Positions 48,750 through 60,094 of a stretch of 64,000 nucleotides of DNA are shown here, piece after piece. This stretch comes from Candidatus Aminicenantes bacterium (lineage in GTDB: Bacteria > Acidobacteriota > Aminicenantia > UBA2199). The notes under the pieces are model-generated. The model was not told where the DNA came from. It did no database searches and saw only the letters and a program-made list of their open reading frames with translations. Made by a program: the position numbers and the translations under genes. Position 1 is the first letter of the stretch. Each line of letters opens with the position of its first letter. The stretch lies in the NCBI GenBank assembly GCA_963770755.1, contig CAVYQZ010000009.1, forward strand, positions 209,195-273,194, given 5' to 3'.

Positions 48750-48802
48750 AGTTATCACGATTGGTTTATGCCTCAGGCATCAGCCAGCGGACAGGCAAGG
48801 CC

Positions 48803-49912
48803 TCAAGGAATTCTATTGATTTGCGCAATGCACGTCAGTTTCGTCTGACGGTCATAATATATTAGTTGATCTCCCTGTGGACTCCAACCCTGAACCTCTT
48901 CAATGCTGTTATCCGAGTTGGTCAACTGTGCATAGTTTCCATTTCTGTTGATTAAATAAATATCGGACTTGGTGAGTTTATAAGTATGTTCATCAACCTC
49001 ACCATATGATACGGCTAACAGATTTCCATTTGGGGCCAAGTAACTAGTCTTTATATAAAAAAATTCATTTTTTCTTCCTATGGGAAGGTTAGGGAATTTA
49101 TTAATTATTTTAAATACAACCATTCCGTCTTTGTCGATAAACACGTAATTTTTATCTTTTTGAATAGCTACCAACAAATCTTTGTTGCTTTTCAGCGGAA
49201 ATAATTTGACATTATATGTTTTCTCGAAATAGAGTTGAGTAGCGGTTTTAGCGGCGACGTTTATTTTCAGTAACGTTTTTCCTTTAAATATCAGAGAATT
49301 ACTTGGAATAAAATATCCCGCGAGAATTGCAGCGGTATCAGTAACCGAATAAACGTCTTCAGAGATTTTTGTATTAATTTTGTAAGCAAATATCTTCGAT
49401 TCCTTGTAATAATAAAATGTATCCCCTTCTGAATTGAAACACAGTAAAGACTTTATTCCTTTCCTGCCAAGATTTATTTCAAATAATAATTTTTCTGCGC
49501 CGACGATATCGCAAAGAAGAACTTTTTTATCTTTATCAACTATTACAACTTTTTTGGAATCCGGAGCCCACCACTTTGAATAACCTTCAAATTCCCGTAT
49601 CTTTTCCCCTTTTTTATTGAAAATAAATGTTTTCAATACCATATCCTTTTTTTCAGGAAGCATTTTAATAAAATCATCTCTATTCATACAAAAATAACTC
49701 GCAAGGATTTCATCTTCGTTCGAGGCACTGAAATACTCCCCATCTGGCGACCATGCCTTGAACATGTATCCATCAGGAATAGCAATCTCTTTTATGCCGG
49801 GAATCCTGATTTTTGCCGGATCATCCCCGACATCCAGATATTGCGCAAACAGATTACCTACGGCCGTCCCCAGAAATAATATTACCAGAACCGTAATTAT
49901 TGTTTTCTTCAT
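48803..49912 (-). CDS. Secreted beta-propeller (PD40/TolB-like repeat) protein, paralog 1
   Basis: Signal peptide (MKKTIITVLVILFLGTAVGNLFAQ); WSPDG / WSPQGD / LAPNGNLLA propeller-blade motifs. Confidence 0.6.
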   Translation of the reverse strand: MKKTIITVLVILFLGTAVGNLFAQYLDVGDDPAKIRIPGIKEIAIPDGYMFKAWSPDGEYFSASNEDEILASYFCMNRDDFIKMLPEKKDMVLKTFIFNKKGEKIREFEGYSKWWAPDSKKVVIVDKDKKVLLCDIVGAEKLLFEINLGRKGIKSLLCFNSEGDTFYYYKESKIFAYKINTKISEDVYSVTDTAAILAGYFIPSNSLIFKGKTLLKINVAAKTATQLYFEKTYNVKLFPLKSNKDLLVAIQKDKNYVFIDKDGMVVFKIINKFPNLPIGRKNEFFYIKTSYLAPNGNLLAVSYGEVDEHTYKLTKSDIYLINRNGNYAQLTNSDNSIEEVQGWSPQGDQLIYYDRQTKLTCIAQINRIP

Positions 49913-49959
49913 CGCCAATCCTTTAATTTGTTTTGCGCAGGTAAACAATTAAATCACCA

Positions 49960-51006
49960 TTAAGCAAGCGATCGCCTTGAGGGCTCCATTTTGTGGGAAG
50001 AAGTGGGATAAGGTATAGCAAAACGAACGTATTTTCCTTGAAAATTAAATAAATAAACTTCATCCGTTGAATTGCCAGTTTGGTCTCCAGATTCTGCCAT
50101 TCTTAAGAAAATTAGTTTTCCATTGGGAGCCAAAGCCCAATCAGATTTGTCTTCACCTGGAATTAAATCGGCGCAATCACCATTAGGTTTTGGTCCACCA
50201 CGATCAATAAATGCTCGGAAATTTCCTAGCACTGTTCCATTGTCTTCATACAAATATACCGTGTCCCAACCATTGCTTACCGCAAAAACCTGACGACCAT
50301 CATGTAAACATAAATATTTTGGTACTCCAATACCAGACGGAGTTATCGCAACAAATTGTCCAGTTAAAAAATTGTATCTTATTAGCTTAAAACTATCTTC
50401 CAATATCCATAAAAGTGTCTTTTCTTTGTTTAAATAACGATGAGCTCCGTGTTCAAAGGAAACTATCGCTTTTACATCTATTGTTCCCAATTCCTGTCTT
50501 ATACCTGTCTTCGGAGTTAAAGAAACAAACCTATATCTGGATTTTCGTGCCACAACTATAATCTGCTTTAAAAGAATATCACCTTGAGGAGATACGTCAA
50601 TAAATTGTTCTTTTTGAGGATCGACCGAAAGTATTATCTCTTGCTTGGCTTGAAGGTCATAGATTGCATAGAAGTGTTTTTTACCTTCCCAGAAATAGTA
50701 AAAGATCCGTTTGTTGTCGGGGAATATTGTGGTTTGATCAAAATTAAATTTCCTGGGAAGCTTTTGCAAGAAATTCCCGTCCTTGTCCATGATAAGCCAG
50801 CCTTCTTTGCTGCCACCAAGATACCATTCCCCGTCATGAGACCAGGCATATCCCCCAACCGGTTTGCCGTTATAAATAATATTTTTTGTTGATGCGATTT
50901 CAATTTTCGCCGGATCATCACCAACATCCAGGTATTGCGCCAGAAGATTGTCTGCAGCTGCCCCCAGAAACAATGCTACCAGAACCGTAATTATTGTTTT
51001 CTTCAT
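49960..51006 (-). CDS. Secreted beta-propeller protein, paralog 2
   Basis: N-terminal ~50 aa almost identical to the neighbours (AQYLDVGDDPAKIEIASTKNIIYNGKPVGGYAWSHDGEW). Confidence 0.6.
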   Translation of the reverse strand: MKKTIITVLVALFLGAAADNLLAQYLDVGDDPAKIEIASTKNIIYNGKPVGGYAWSHDGEWYLGGSKEGWLIMDKDGNFLQKLPRKFNFDQTTIFPDNKRIFYYFWEGKKHFYAIYDLQAKQEIILSVDPQKEQFIDVSPQGDILLKQIIVVARKSRYRFVSLTPKTGIRQELGTIDVKAIVSFEHGAHRYLNKEKTLLWILEDSFKLIRYNFLTGQFVAITPSGIGVPKYLCLHDGRQVFAVSNGWDTVYLYEDNGTVLGNFRAFIDRGGPKPNGDCADLIPGEDKSDWALAPNGKLIFLRMAESGDQTGNSTDEVYLFNFQGKYVRFAIPYPTSSHKMEPSRRSLA

Positions 51007-51152
51007 CGCCAATCCTTCAATTTTTTTTCCGTAGGTATACAATCAAGTCGCCATTGAGCATGCGGTCACCTTTGGGACTCCATTCTACGGAAGAAGGATA
51101 AGGTAAAGGAAAACGAACACTTTTGCCCTTAAAATTAAATAAGTACACCTCA

Positions 51153-52093
51153 TCAGCTCTGATTATCACCCTCACCGCTGCGTCTCATCATGCAAAACAA
51201 AATCAATTTGCCATTTGGAGCCAATGCTCGAAAAGCACGACTATCTCCAGGGATCAAATCTGGATTTATGCCATATACATCGGGTTCTCCTCGATCGAAA
51301 AGTGCGCTGAATTTCCCAAGCAAAGCTCCACCAGCTTCAAATAAATAGACCATATCATCAAATGTAGTAACTATAACCTGGCGACCATCCCGCAATTTTG
51401 AATAGGATGGTTCACCAATTTCAAAAGGAGTGATATTAAAGACTCATTTTTATAGAAATCATATTTTTTAATTTTAAATCCGCTATCTGATATTATCAAT
51501 AGGAAATTCCTTTTATCTAAATAGCGATTATCACCATATTGATAACTAAGGTTTACTTCAATTATTCCCAGATCTTGCCGCGAACCATTCTCGGGGTTAT
51601 AAGAAATAAATGAATATTTACTCTTTCGTGCCACCACAATAATCTGCATAAATAAAATATCCCCTTGTGGCGACACATCTATAAAACGTTCATTTTGCGG
51701 GTCAATTGTTAAAACTGTTTCCTGTTTGGTCTGCAGGTTGTATATTGCATAATAGTCCTTCTTGCTATTGATATCTTCAAACTCATAAAAAATTCTTTTA
51801 CTGTCAGAAAATATTGTGACTTGATAATAATTGAACTTCCTAGGCAGCTTCTGCAGGAAATTCCCGTTCTTGTCCATGATATACCCGCCATCATTGTTTG
51901 CTCCCAGAAACCACTCCCCATCATGAGACCAGGCATATCCCCCAACCGGTTTGCCATTATAAATAATATTTTTTGTTGATGCGATTTCAATTTTTGCCGG
52001 ATCATCCCCCACATCCAGGTATTGCGCAAACAGATTGCCTACGGCCGTCCCCAGAAATAATATTACCAGAATCGTAATTATTGTTTTCTTCAT
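51153..52093 (-). pseudogene. Secreted beta-propeller protein, paralog 3, disrupted by a frameshift/truncation
   Basis: N-terminal 252-aa ORF and a C-terminal 80-aa ORF are in different frames. Confidence 0.55.
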
Positions 52094-52103
52094 CGCCAAT
52101 CCT

Positions 52104-53175
52104 TTAATTTGTTTTTCGCAGGTATACAATCAAGTCGCCATTGAGCATGCGGTCACCCTGGGGGCTCCATTTTGGGGAAGAAGTGGGATAAGGTATAGCA
52201 AAACGAACGTATTTTCCTTGAAAATTAAACAAATAAACTTCATCTGATGAATTGCCAGTTTGGTCTCCAGATTCTGCCATTCTTAAGAAAATTAGTTTTC
52301 CATTGGGAGCCAAAGCTCGATCAGAATTGCTGTAACCCGGGATTAAATCTGCGCAATTGCCATTTTCTTCTGTTCCACCACGGTCAAAAAATGCCCAAAA
52401 TTTCCCTAACAATACACCACCTGCTTCGTACAAATAGACTGTATCCCAAAATGTTGCCACTACAACATGACGGCCGTCATGCAGTTGCGAATAAGTTGGC
52501 GAACTGGTGCGGTGAGAAGTTATATTGGCAAGTTTTTTTTCGATGAAATCATATTTTTTTAATTTATATCCATTATCAGATACTCTCAACAATAGATTTT
52601 CTTTATTCAAAAAACGATTATTGCCGTATTCATAACTAAGGTCTGCATCAATTATTCCTAAATCTTGTTGCGAACTATTCTCCGGATTTAAAGGAAAAAA
52701 ATGAATAAGTTATCTTTCTTGCGACAACAATAATTTGCATTAATAAAATATCCCCCTGCGGTGAGACATCGATAAAATGTTCTTTTGGGGGATCTATTGA
52801 CAAAATTGTTTCCTGTTTTGTTTCCCGGTTGTAAATTGCATAATAATCTTTCTTATTTTCCCAGAAACCATAAAAGATTCGTTTATTGTCAGAGAATAAT
52901 GTGACTTGACCATAATTGAATTTCCTTGGCAGCTTCTGCAGGAAATTTCCATTCTTATCCATAATATACCCGCCATCGTTGTTGGCGCCTAAAAACCATT
53001 CTCCATCATGAGACCAGGCATAGCCCCCAACCGGTTTTCCATTATAAATAATGTTTTTTGTTGATGCGATTTCAATTTTTGCCGGATCATCCCCAACATC
53101 AAAGTATTGAGCCAGGAGACCCGTCAAGGCCAGAAATAAAATAAAAACACTGAATGACAACCATTTCATTTTCAT
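52104..53175 (-). pseudogene. Secreted beta-propeller protein, paralog 4, split into N- and C-terminal halves
   Basis: ORFs 52675..53175 (signal plus N-terminal half) and 52104..52610 (C-terminal half) are homologous to the two halves of paralog 2. Confidence 0.55.
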
Positions 53176-53526
53176 CAGTTTACTCTATTTACATCCGATT
53201 TGGTATCCCTCATTTGCGAGCAGTCTCCTTACCTTCTCCGCACAAAAAATCGAAAATCGGTGTCAGGTCTTACATTATTACTTTTGCCTCTCTTTCCCAT
53301 GCTTTTTGCCGTCATTTTGATAGGCCGTTGCGGAGAAGTCTCTGCGCACAGACCTAGCGGTGAAACATCATTTCAGAACAAATGTCATAATGAAACGGGC
53401 TGTTGCCCAAACGGGCAAAATTATTTTCCCCTTCTGGCGGTTCCAGAGATAACAAGCGAATCTATTATAGAGACTTGCCCCGAAGTCTATCCCCGGGCAA
53501 CGGCAATGGCGGCCGCCATACGGGAT

Positions 53527-54696
53527 CTAGCTGCGGCTGAACAGGCGCTTAAAAAACCCAAGGACGCCGCGCCCGGATTGCCGCCGGGAAGCGCCGCCAA
53601 GGTCGTCCAGGGCCCTGAGAATCGCTTCGATATCCACTTTCCGTGCTACCATTTTGATGATGGAGGCAATCTTTTTGTTTTCCTCGGGTTCAGTCTTGAA
53701 CAGGCCGCGGGAAAGCTTCAGCGCCGAACCTTCCAGGCTGCTCTCGGTGAAGTAGAGCGGGATCCCCGCCGCGCTGCAGGCGGCCTGGCGCCGCGGGTCG
53801 GGATTTCCACCGCACACGACGATGATGGGAGGGCAGGGTCCTCCCGAGAGCCGTGATACGATCACGGCATCGATCAGTTCGGGCCGGGTATGGCTCACCA
53901 GCAGGGCTTTACCTGCCCCCGCTTCCACATTCCGGAGCACCTCTTCCGAAGAATCGAAGGCGGTGATGAATCCGGACCCCGCACCGGCGGGGGCGGCGGC
54001 GGAATGCAAGAGCGGCGCCGCGCCGATTTCGCGGGCGATCGTGGCGATCGATGGACGGGCGATCCGTTCTTCGAAGGGGAGGATGCCGAAAACGGGGATG
54101 CCCCTGGCGCCGAACCACATGCGCAACACTGCGGTCACCGTTTCCATTTTCGCCGGCAGAACCCGGTTGATCACGACGCCCAGGAGAGGAACGCCATGGG
54201 TTTTGAACGTATCATGACAAAGGCAGAAGCTGTCGATGGTGCTTCCCACCCCTCCATCCAGGACCAGGATGACCGGGATCCCGAGCACGGACGCCACCCG
54301 GGCGTTCCCCAGGTCAAACACCGAACCCACGCCCGGATGCCCGGTCCCCTCCACCAGGACCAGACCGTTGTTTTTCTGGAACTCCTTGAATGTCCGTCTC
54401 ACGGCGTCCTTCATCCCGTGCGGTTCACCGGTTCGCACGTACCTCTCGGCCGCGCCCCGGGATGCCAGCAGGGGGGTAGATTCCCTGAATGGGATGGAAA
54501 GTCCGAGGGCCCTGGAAATGAACCAGGCATCCTGCCCGACCGATTCACCATTGACCACCGTGATCTTCTGGCCCAACGGCTTGAAAAATGACACGCCGCC
54601 TGCGATCCGGGCATTGAAAGCGCCGGCCAACCCCAGGCAGAGGGTCGTCTTGCCGGCGTCCTTGCCCGAACCGGCTACATAGATTCCCTGGGTCAT
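53527..54696 (-). CDS. BioD-like / phosphotransacetylase N-terminal-domain family protein with DRTGG domain
   Basis: Walker-like GSGKDAGKTT; overall similarity to the N-terminal half of Pta. Confidence 0.6.
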   Translation of the reverse strand: MTQGIYVAGSGKDAGKTTLCLGLAGAFNARIAGGVSFFKPLGQKITVVNGESVGQDAWFISRALGLSIPFRESTPLLASRGAAERYVRTGEPHGMKDAVRRTFKEFQKNNGLVLVEGTGHPGVGSVFDLGNARVASVLGIPVILVLDGGVGSTIDSFCLCHDTFKTHGVPLLGVVINRVLPAKMETVTAVLRMWFGARGIPVFGILPFEERIARPSIATIAREIGAAPLLHSAAAPAGAGSGFITAFDSSEEVLRNVEAGAGKALLVSHTRPELIDAVIVSRLSGGPCPPIIVVCGGNPDPRRQAACSAAGIPLYFTESSLEGSALKLSRGLFKTEPEENKKIASIIKMVARKVDIEAILRALDDLGGASRRQSGRGVLGFFKRLFSRS

Positions 54697-54818
54697 GCCT
54701 CACCCGGGAAGGGGGAAACATATTTGAACAGGTTCGCCATTTCCAAGCGCTTGACCATCAGGCACCTCCAGACGGATCCGATTTCACAAATAAGTTTAAA
54801 CTAAAGCAACCAACGAAG

Positions 54819-55184
54819 CTATTTCAGACTTTCGCTGAACTCGGCCCAATGTTTTTTGGTGATGCCCAGGAACAGGACCGAATCCAGTCGCGAGACGATT
54901 TGGCCCTTGGCAAAGACGATGACCGTGGGCACGGCCCGGATCGTGTATTGGTGCCAGAGCGGATTCTGCGGATCAGTGAGCGTCACATGCAGGAAATCAA
55001 AATCCTTGGCCCGCGAGCCGGCAAATTCGCTGAAACGCGGCAGGAACATCCGGCAATAGGGGCAGGTGGTCATTTCAAAGAGAACCACCGTTTTCTTTTC
55101 AGAGCTTATGTAAGGAGAAATATCGAGAGGGTCGGAATATGTCGAGATCAGGTTGCTCTCGCTTTTCTCGTTGTTTGGATTCAC
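54819..55184 (-). CDS. Thioredoxin-fold protein (CPYC active site)
   Basis: …KKTVVLFEMTTCPYCRMF… GTG start with an AGGAG RBS immediately after the upstream gene's stop. The longer ATG ORF would overlap the CGGC gene by ~100 nt. Confidence 0.6.
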   Translation of the reverse strand: MNPNNEKSESNLISTYSDPLDISPYISSEKKTVVLFEMTTCPYCRMFLPRFSEFAGSRAKDFDFLHVTLTDPQNPLWHQYTIRAVPTVIVFAKGQIVSRLDSVLFLGITKKHWAEFSESLK

Positions 55185-55197
55185 ATTGGCTCCTGAC

Positions 55198-55641
55198 TTA
55201 ATTGTAATTTTCCATGACCTTTCGGTCCTCGGCCAGCAGCCCGGCGGCGAGCTCATCCATTTTGACCTGCTTCCAGAACGGTAGTTTTTCATGGATTTCG
55301 AGATATTTCAGGGGAATGGGATGGGTGCCGATTACGACCGGCAGTTGATACGCGGTTTCGATGAATTCCTTGAACTTGCGGATGCTGGGGCAAGGAGGAT
55401 ACCCGACCACCAGCCCGGTGGCCAGGTGGATGACCTGGGCGCCGTTCTTTATCATTTCCGCCGGCACATACTCCATGTTGCCGCCCGGGCAGCCGCCGCA
55501 GTTGGCAAAGCCGACGACTTCGACGGCTTCGTCCCCGGCATAGGCTGCAAACGCCCCGGCCCGCTCACGCAATGCCCGGAAACACTTGCCGCCGCCGCAC
55601 GACAGATAGCGGCCGCAAATGATGATGCCGATCTTCTTCAT
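55198..55641 (-). CDS. CGGC-domain protein
   Basis: MKKIGIIICG…CGGC…CPGG motifs. Confidence 0.6.
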   Translation of the reverse strand: MKKIGIIICGRYLSCGGGKCFRALRERAGAFAAYAGDEAVEVVGFANCGGCPGGNMEYVPAEMIKNGAQVIHLATGLVVGYPPCPSIRKFKEFIETAYQLPVVIGTHPIPLKYLEIHEKLPFWKQVKMDELAAGLLAEDRKVMENYN

Positions 55642-55768
55642 GAGTCCTCCACTGCCAGCCAACAATGTCTGGGCTCAGCCCGGAATAATGGCCAGTTGGA
55701 AAATATATTCCTGATCGGCTTCCTTGTCAACCACCACAAAAGGGGAAAACACAAATCGGGGCAGGCCT

Positions 55769-57311
55769 TTAAAAAGAAATCCCCATGCGGTAGAAAAACC
55801 GCAATTCATTGTTCCTGACGCTGACGTCGTGAAAACGGCCGCGGCGCTCGATGTTTTCCAGGTTCAACGAGAGGAAAAACGGCGTACGCGGGATGGCGGC
55901 CGCCAGGCTGGCTTTGCAGGCCAGGCGCGAGTCCCGCAGCCGGGAATCATCGGTCACCTGCTCCTGGAAACGGTCGCTGCCCTGGATGGAGCTGAACCAC
56001 TGGTACCTGACACCGGCCTCGGCGCGCAGCGCGCCGAAGCGCAGGTCCAGCCCGGCGTTCAGGCTGTAGCCCAGGGAATAATAGTAGCCCCAGTTGTTCA
56101 GCGTCGTTTTCACCCCCCAGATCTCATGGCCGGCGGAATATTCGTTGAGTGCCAGGGAGTTGATCATGCTGAAATCGAAACTGGCATCGAGATCGATGCG
56201 GGCGCTGAGCTTGCCGGCGTAGCCCGTCCAGTTAAAGGCCGGGCCGATGAGGTGCAGCGACGAAAACTTGTCGGCGAAAGCGGGTCGGCCGCTCGCGTTC
56301 GAGCCAGGCCTCGGCTTTGCCCAGCCACTTGCCGTCATAGGCCACCACGGCTTTTTTCTGGAAAAAATCCCAGGCCGTGGCCCAGCCCAGCCAGTACTCG
56401 GCGCCATGCAGCGCCCCGCTTTCATCGGCCCGGACATTTTTCCACCACCAGCCGCCCATGACGGTGCGCGTGTGCGCGTATACTTCCTCGTACATGCGTT
56501 CATTGAAGCTGAAATGGACCTGGTATTCGCTCTGCAGCGGCTGCCGCGCGTAGCCCGAGCCGGAGCCGGGCCGGCCGTAGCCGGGCAGAGTGACCTGGCG
56601 CAGGTCTACGTCCAGCGAGAAATGACTGCCGGCGTCGTCAGCCGGTGATATCGGCCCTTGCTTGCCGCCAAGGCTGAGACGAAAATCGCTCCAGTCGCTG
56701 GTCGGGATGCGCGGGCCCCGGCCTTTCCCGTCCAGGAGATCATTGATCCCCAATGTCGGATTGACCAGGAAGGTGGCGATGCGGTTGGCGAAGCCCGGAC
56801 GGCTGCGGAAGTGGTTGGCGATCTGGAACAGGGGTTCGCAGAATGAGAGGCCGCCGATGGCCGTGAAGATGTGGTCGTTGATCGACGAGATCTCGCGCCA
56901 CTCGGCAATATATTCCCAGATGATCGACCCGCCCGTTGAAAACAGCAGCGAAACGAACGGGCTGAGGCCGTTGGTGCGCGCACAGCTGTAATAAAACGCC
57001 CCGGCCCAGGAATGGATCACGTTGGTCACGAGCCGGTTCGAATCCATGCGCAAACCTTCGGAACTGAAAAATTTTTGTGATTGGTCTTTCCAGGTCAAGG
57101 TGAACTGCCAATCCTCAAGGAAATCCTGGTAGTTCATCCAGTAATAAACGGCGGTCACGACCAGGTTGAGCCCCATCTCGATGTAGGCCCTCGCCTTTCT
57201 CACGGGCAGTTTCATTCCATCCTGATCCGGCACGACGGCCTGATTTTCAGCGGCCCACAGCCCGGAAAACAAAGCCAGCAGCAGACAGAAAATGACCATA
57301 CTATTTTTCAA
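55769..57311 (-). pseudogene. Outer-membrane beta-barrel protein, frameshifted near 56232-56500
   Basis: Signal peptide (MKNSMVIFCLLLALFSGLWA). The C-terminal piece is in another frame and ends in the OMP-type aromatic residue (…RMGISF). Confidence 0.5.
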
Positions 57312-57470
57312 AAGGGATCCTTATAATAAAAGGTTTCTTAAGGTCAGAAAAATATCATAAACCCAGGCGGCTGTCAATTGCCCCCGGGCGCATGCAACCG
57401 GCGCCCGCGCCTTGACGCTGAATCTCGCGGCCAATTGCCAATCAACACCAGGTATGGGTATATTTTATGG

Positions 57471-58304
57471 ATGAAGGTCAGAGCCATCCAATTCAGTCCG
57501 GCCTTGGGCAATATCGGCAAAAACATGGACACCCACATCCGCCATATTTCCCAGGCCATCCGCGACGGCAGGGAGCTGATCGTATTTCCCGAACTGAGCC
57601 TCAGCGGCTATCATCTGAAGGACATCATCAGCGAAGCGGCTTTTAGAAAGGACGGAGCCGAATGGCGCGAAATCGAAAAACTGAGCAAAAAAATCGCCAT
57701 CATTGTCGGCGCCCCGCTGGAGGAAGAAGCGGGCATCATCTGCAACGCGGCCCTGTATTTCTGGCGCGGCCAATGCCGCCATGTCCATCGCAAGGTCCAA
57801 TTGCCCAATTACGGCATGTTCGAGGAAAAGATGATCTTCAAAGCCGGAGACACGTTCCGGACGTTCCAGATCGGCACCATGACCGCCGGCATTCTCATTT
57901 GCCGGGAAATCCTCTTCCCCATGCTGGCCTACCTGTATTTCATTCAAAAAACCGACCTGCTGATCGGTATTTCCAACAGTCCGCAACGGGGCATCGGCAA
58001 GGACGGGATCTCTTCCTTCCAGCTCTGGGAAACCATGGGCTACGTTTTTTCACAGTTCTATCACCAGAACTATTTGTTCGTCAACCGCGTGGGTTTTGAA
58101 GACGGTATCGGTTTCGGCGGCGGTTCTTTTTTCGCCCGCGCCGGCCAGGGCATCTGCCAGAAGGCCGCAACCGTCGATGAGGACGTACTCGACGCCGAAA
58201 TCCAGCTGGCCGACGTGCGCCGGGCCCGCCTGAGTTCCAACTATTTGCGCGACGATCAACCGGAGCTGGTGCTCAAGGAAATGCGGAGGATCCTCCATGC
58301 TTAA
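57471..58304 (+). CDS. Carbon-nitrogen hydrolase family protein (glutaminase domain of glutamine-dependent NAD+ synthetase, encoded separately)
   Basis: Nitrilase-superfamily E-K-C pattern (…VFPELSLSGY…ILICREI…). Confidence 0.7.
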   Translation: MKVRAIQFSPALGNIGKNMDTHIRHISQAIRDGRELIVFPELSLSGYHLKDIISEAAFRKDGAEWREIEKLSKKIAIIVGAPLEEEAGIICNAALYFWRGQCRHVHRKVQLPNYGMFEEKMIFKAGDTFRTFQIGTMTAGILICREILFPMLAYLYFIQKTDLLIGISNSPQRGIGKDGISSFQLWETMGYVFSQFYHQNYLFVNRVGFEDGIGFGGGSFFARAGQGICQKAATVDEDVLDAEIQLADVRRARLSSNYLRDDQPELVLKEMRRILHA

Positions 58305-59113
58305 AATACGCTGCGACCTGGTGGAAAAGATCCTGCGTCAATTCCATCCGCGACAGCATTTTAAAAAACGGCTATAAAAACGGCATCATCGGGGTTTCCG
58401 GGGGCCTGGATTCAGCCGTGGTTTTGGCCCTGAGCAGAAAGGCCCTGGGCGCCCGCCATGTTTCCGCCCTGCTTCTCCCCTACCGCGTTTCCGCCTCCGA
58501 AAGCCTGGAACACGGCAAAATGGTCTGCGCCAAGTTCAAGGTGCCCTATGAAATCATCGATATTTCTCCGTCCGTGGATGCTTACTTCGACCGTTTTCCC
58601 ACTGATAACCGGCTGCAGGTCGGCAACAAATGCGCCCGGGAACGGATGTCCGTGCTGTACGATTTTTCAGTGCGCAAAAAGGCGCTGGTTATCGGCACGG
58701 CGAACAAAAGCGAACTTCTGGTCGGCTACTCAACCCAGTTCGGTGATGCGGCCGCCGCTTTCCAGCCCATCGGCGATTTATACAAGACCCAGGTCTTCGA
58801 ATTGGCCCGCCACCTGGATATCCCCGAGGCCATCATTGCCAAAAAGCCTTCAGCCGACCTGTGGCCCGGACAGAGCGATGAAACCGAGATCGGCATAGCC
58901 TATAATGACCTCGACGTCATCCTGCACCTGATGGTCGACAAGCGCTGGGATGAAGGCGAGATCATCGAACGCGGCTACCCGCTGGCGCTCATCCGCCGCA
59001 TCAAGAAAATGATCGTCCAGTCCCAATTCAAGCGCACCATGCCGCCGGTAACCAAGCTGCATGCCCGGACCGTCGGCATTGACTTCCGCTATTTAAGAGA
59101 CTGGAACAAGTAA
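58297..59113 (+). CDS. nadE: NAD+ synthetase NadE (synthetase domain) with a single-base frameshift near 58343
   Basis: Removing one C from caattcCatccgc restores …ILRQFIRDSILKNGYKNGIIGVSGGLDSAVVLAL (the PP-loop SGGxDS); the remainder is intact. Confidence 0.7.
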
Positions 59114-59126
59114 TAAATGGCGTTCA

Positions 59127-59266
59127 GAAAAAAGTCAAGGGAAAACAAAGGGAAGAACAAGGGAAAGGCAGAGGGAAGAAAAAGTACTAAGATATCAACC
59201 AAAGCTTTTTTTCTTTCAACTCACTCTTCCCTCTCGCTTCCCTCAATCTTCCCTATCTCTTCCCTG
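59127..59266. repeat. Second copy of the GGGAAG/CTTCCC low-complexity inverted repeat
   Basis: Purine arm caagggaaaacaaagggaagaacaagggaaaggcagagggaag, spacer, pyrimidine arm tcttccctctcgcttccctcaatcttccctatctcttccct. Confidence 0.8.
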
Positions 59267-59274
59267 CTGAACTA

Positions 59275-60094
59275 ATGGCTCTATATATCGTTCCCACGCC
59301 GATCGGCAACCTTGGAGACATGACGCAGAGGGCCATCGCCATTCTGAACCAGGTCGATTTCGTCATCGCCGAGGACAGCCGTTATACGCTGAAGCTGCTG
59401 AACCACCTGGGGATCACTAAAAAGATCGTCAGCCACTACCGTCCCAAGGAGGAGATCCAGGCGGAGAAGATTGTGACCATGTTCAGACCGGGACGCTGCC
59501 CTGGTTACCGATTCGGGGACCCCCGGGATTTCGGACCCGGGGTTCATCCTCATCCGCCGGGCCATCGCCGCCGGCATCACGATCATCCCCCTGCCCGGGC
59601 CGACCGCCTTGATTCCCGCCCTGGTCGCTTCAGGCATCGACCCGCAACCCTTTGTTTTTCTCGGCTTTCCACCCCGTCGCCAGAATGACATGCGGCGTTT
59701 TTTCAAGTCATTGGCGCTCCTGCCCTATACCCTGGTATTTTATGAATCGCCGCGGCGAATTGAAAACTTCCTGAAAAACGCTGCCGAAACACTAAATGAC
59801 CGCCATTTCGCCCTGGCCAAGGAATTAAGCAAAAAACATGAAAAAATAATCCGCGGCCGCCTGGATCAATGGTCCGAGCTGCTGAAAGACGAAACCATTT
59901 TAGGCGAAATGGTCATCATCATCTCCGCCAATCCCCACCCGCAGACCCACGAGCCGGCACCCGGCCTGAAAAGCATCGAAGATGTTTACGCCTATTTCCT
60001 GGAGCGCCACGGCCTGCGTAAAAACGAACTGAAAAGAATCATCATGAAAAAGAAAAATAAAAAAACAACCGATGGGCCAATCCATGCCCGCTGA
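59275..60094 (+). pseudogene. rsmI: 16S rRNA (cytidine1402-2'-O)-methyltransferase RsmI, frameshifted near 59490
   Basis: MALYIVPTPIGNLGDMTQRAI…; continues in the +1 frame as …DAALVTDSGTPGISDPGF…. Confidence 0.65.

Noticed and set aside
53200-53856. 218-aa plus-strand ORF
   Set aside because: It overlaps the 3' end of the better-supported minus-strand BioD/DRTGG gene and has a Gly/Ala/Arg-rich composition.
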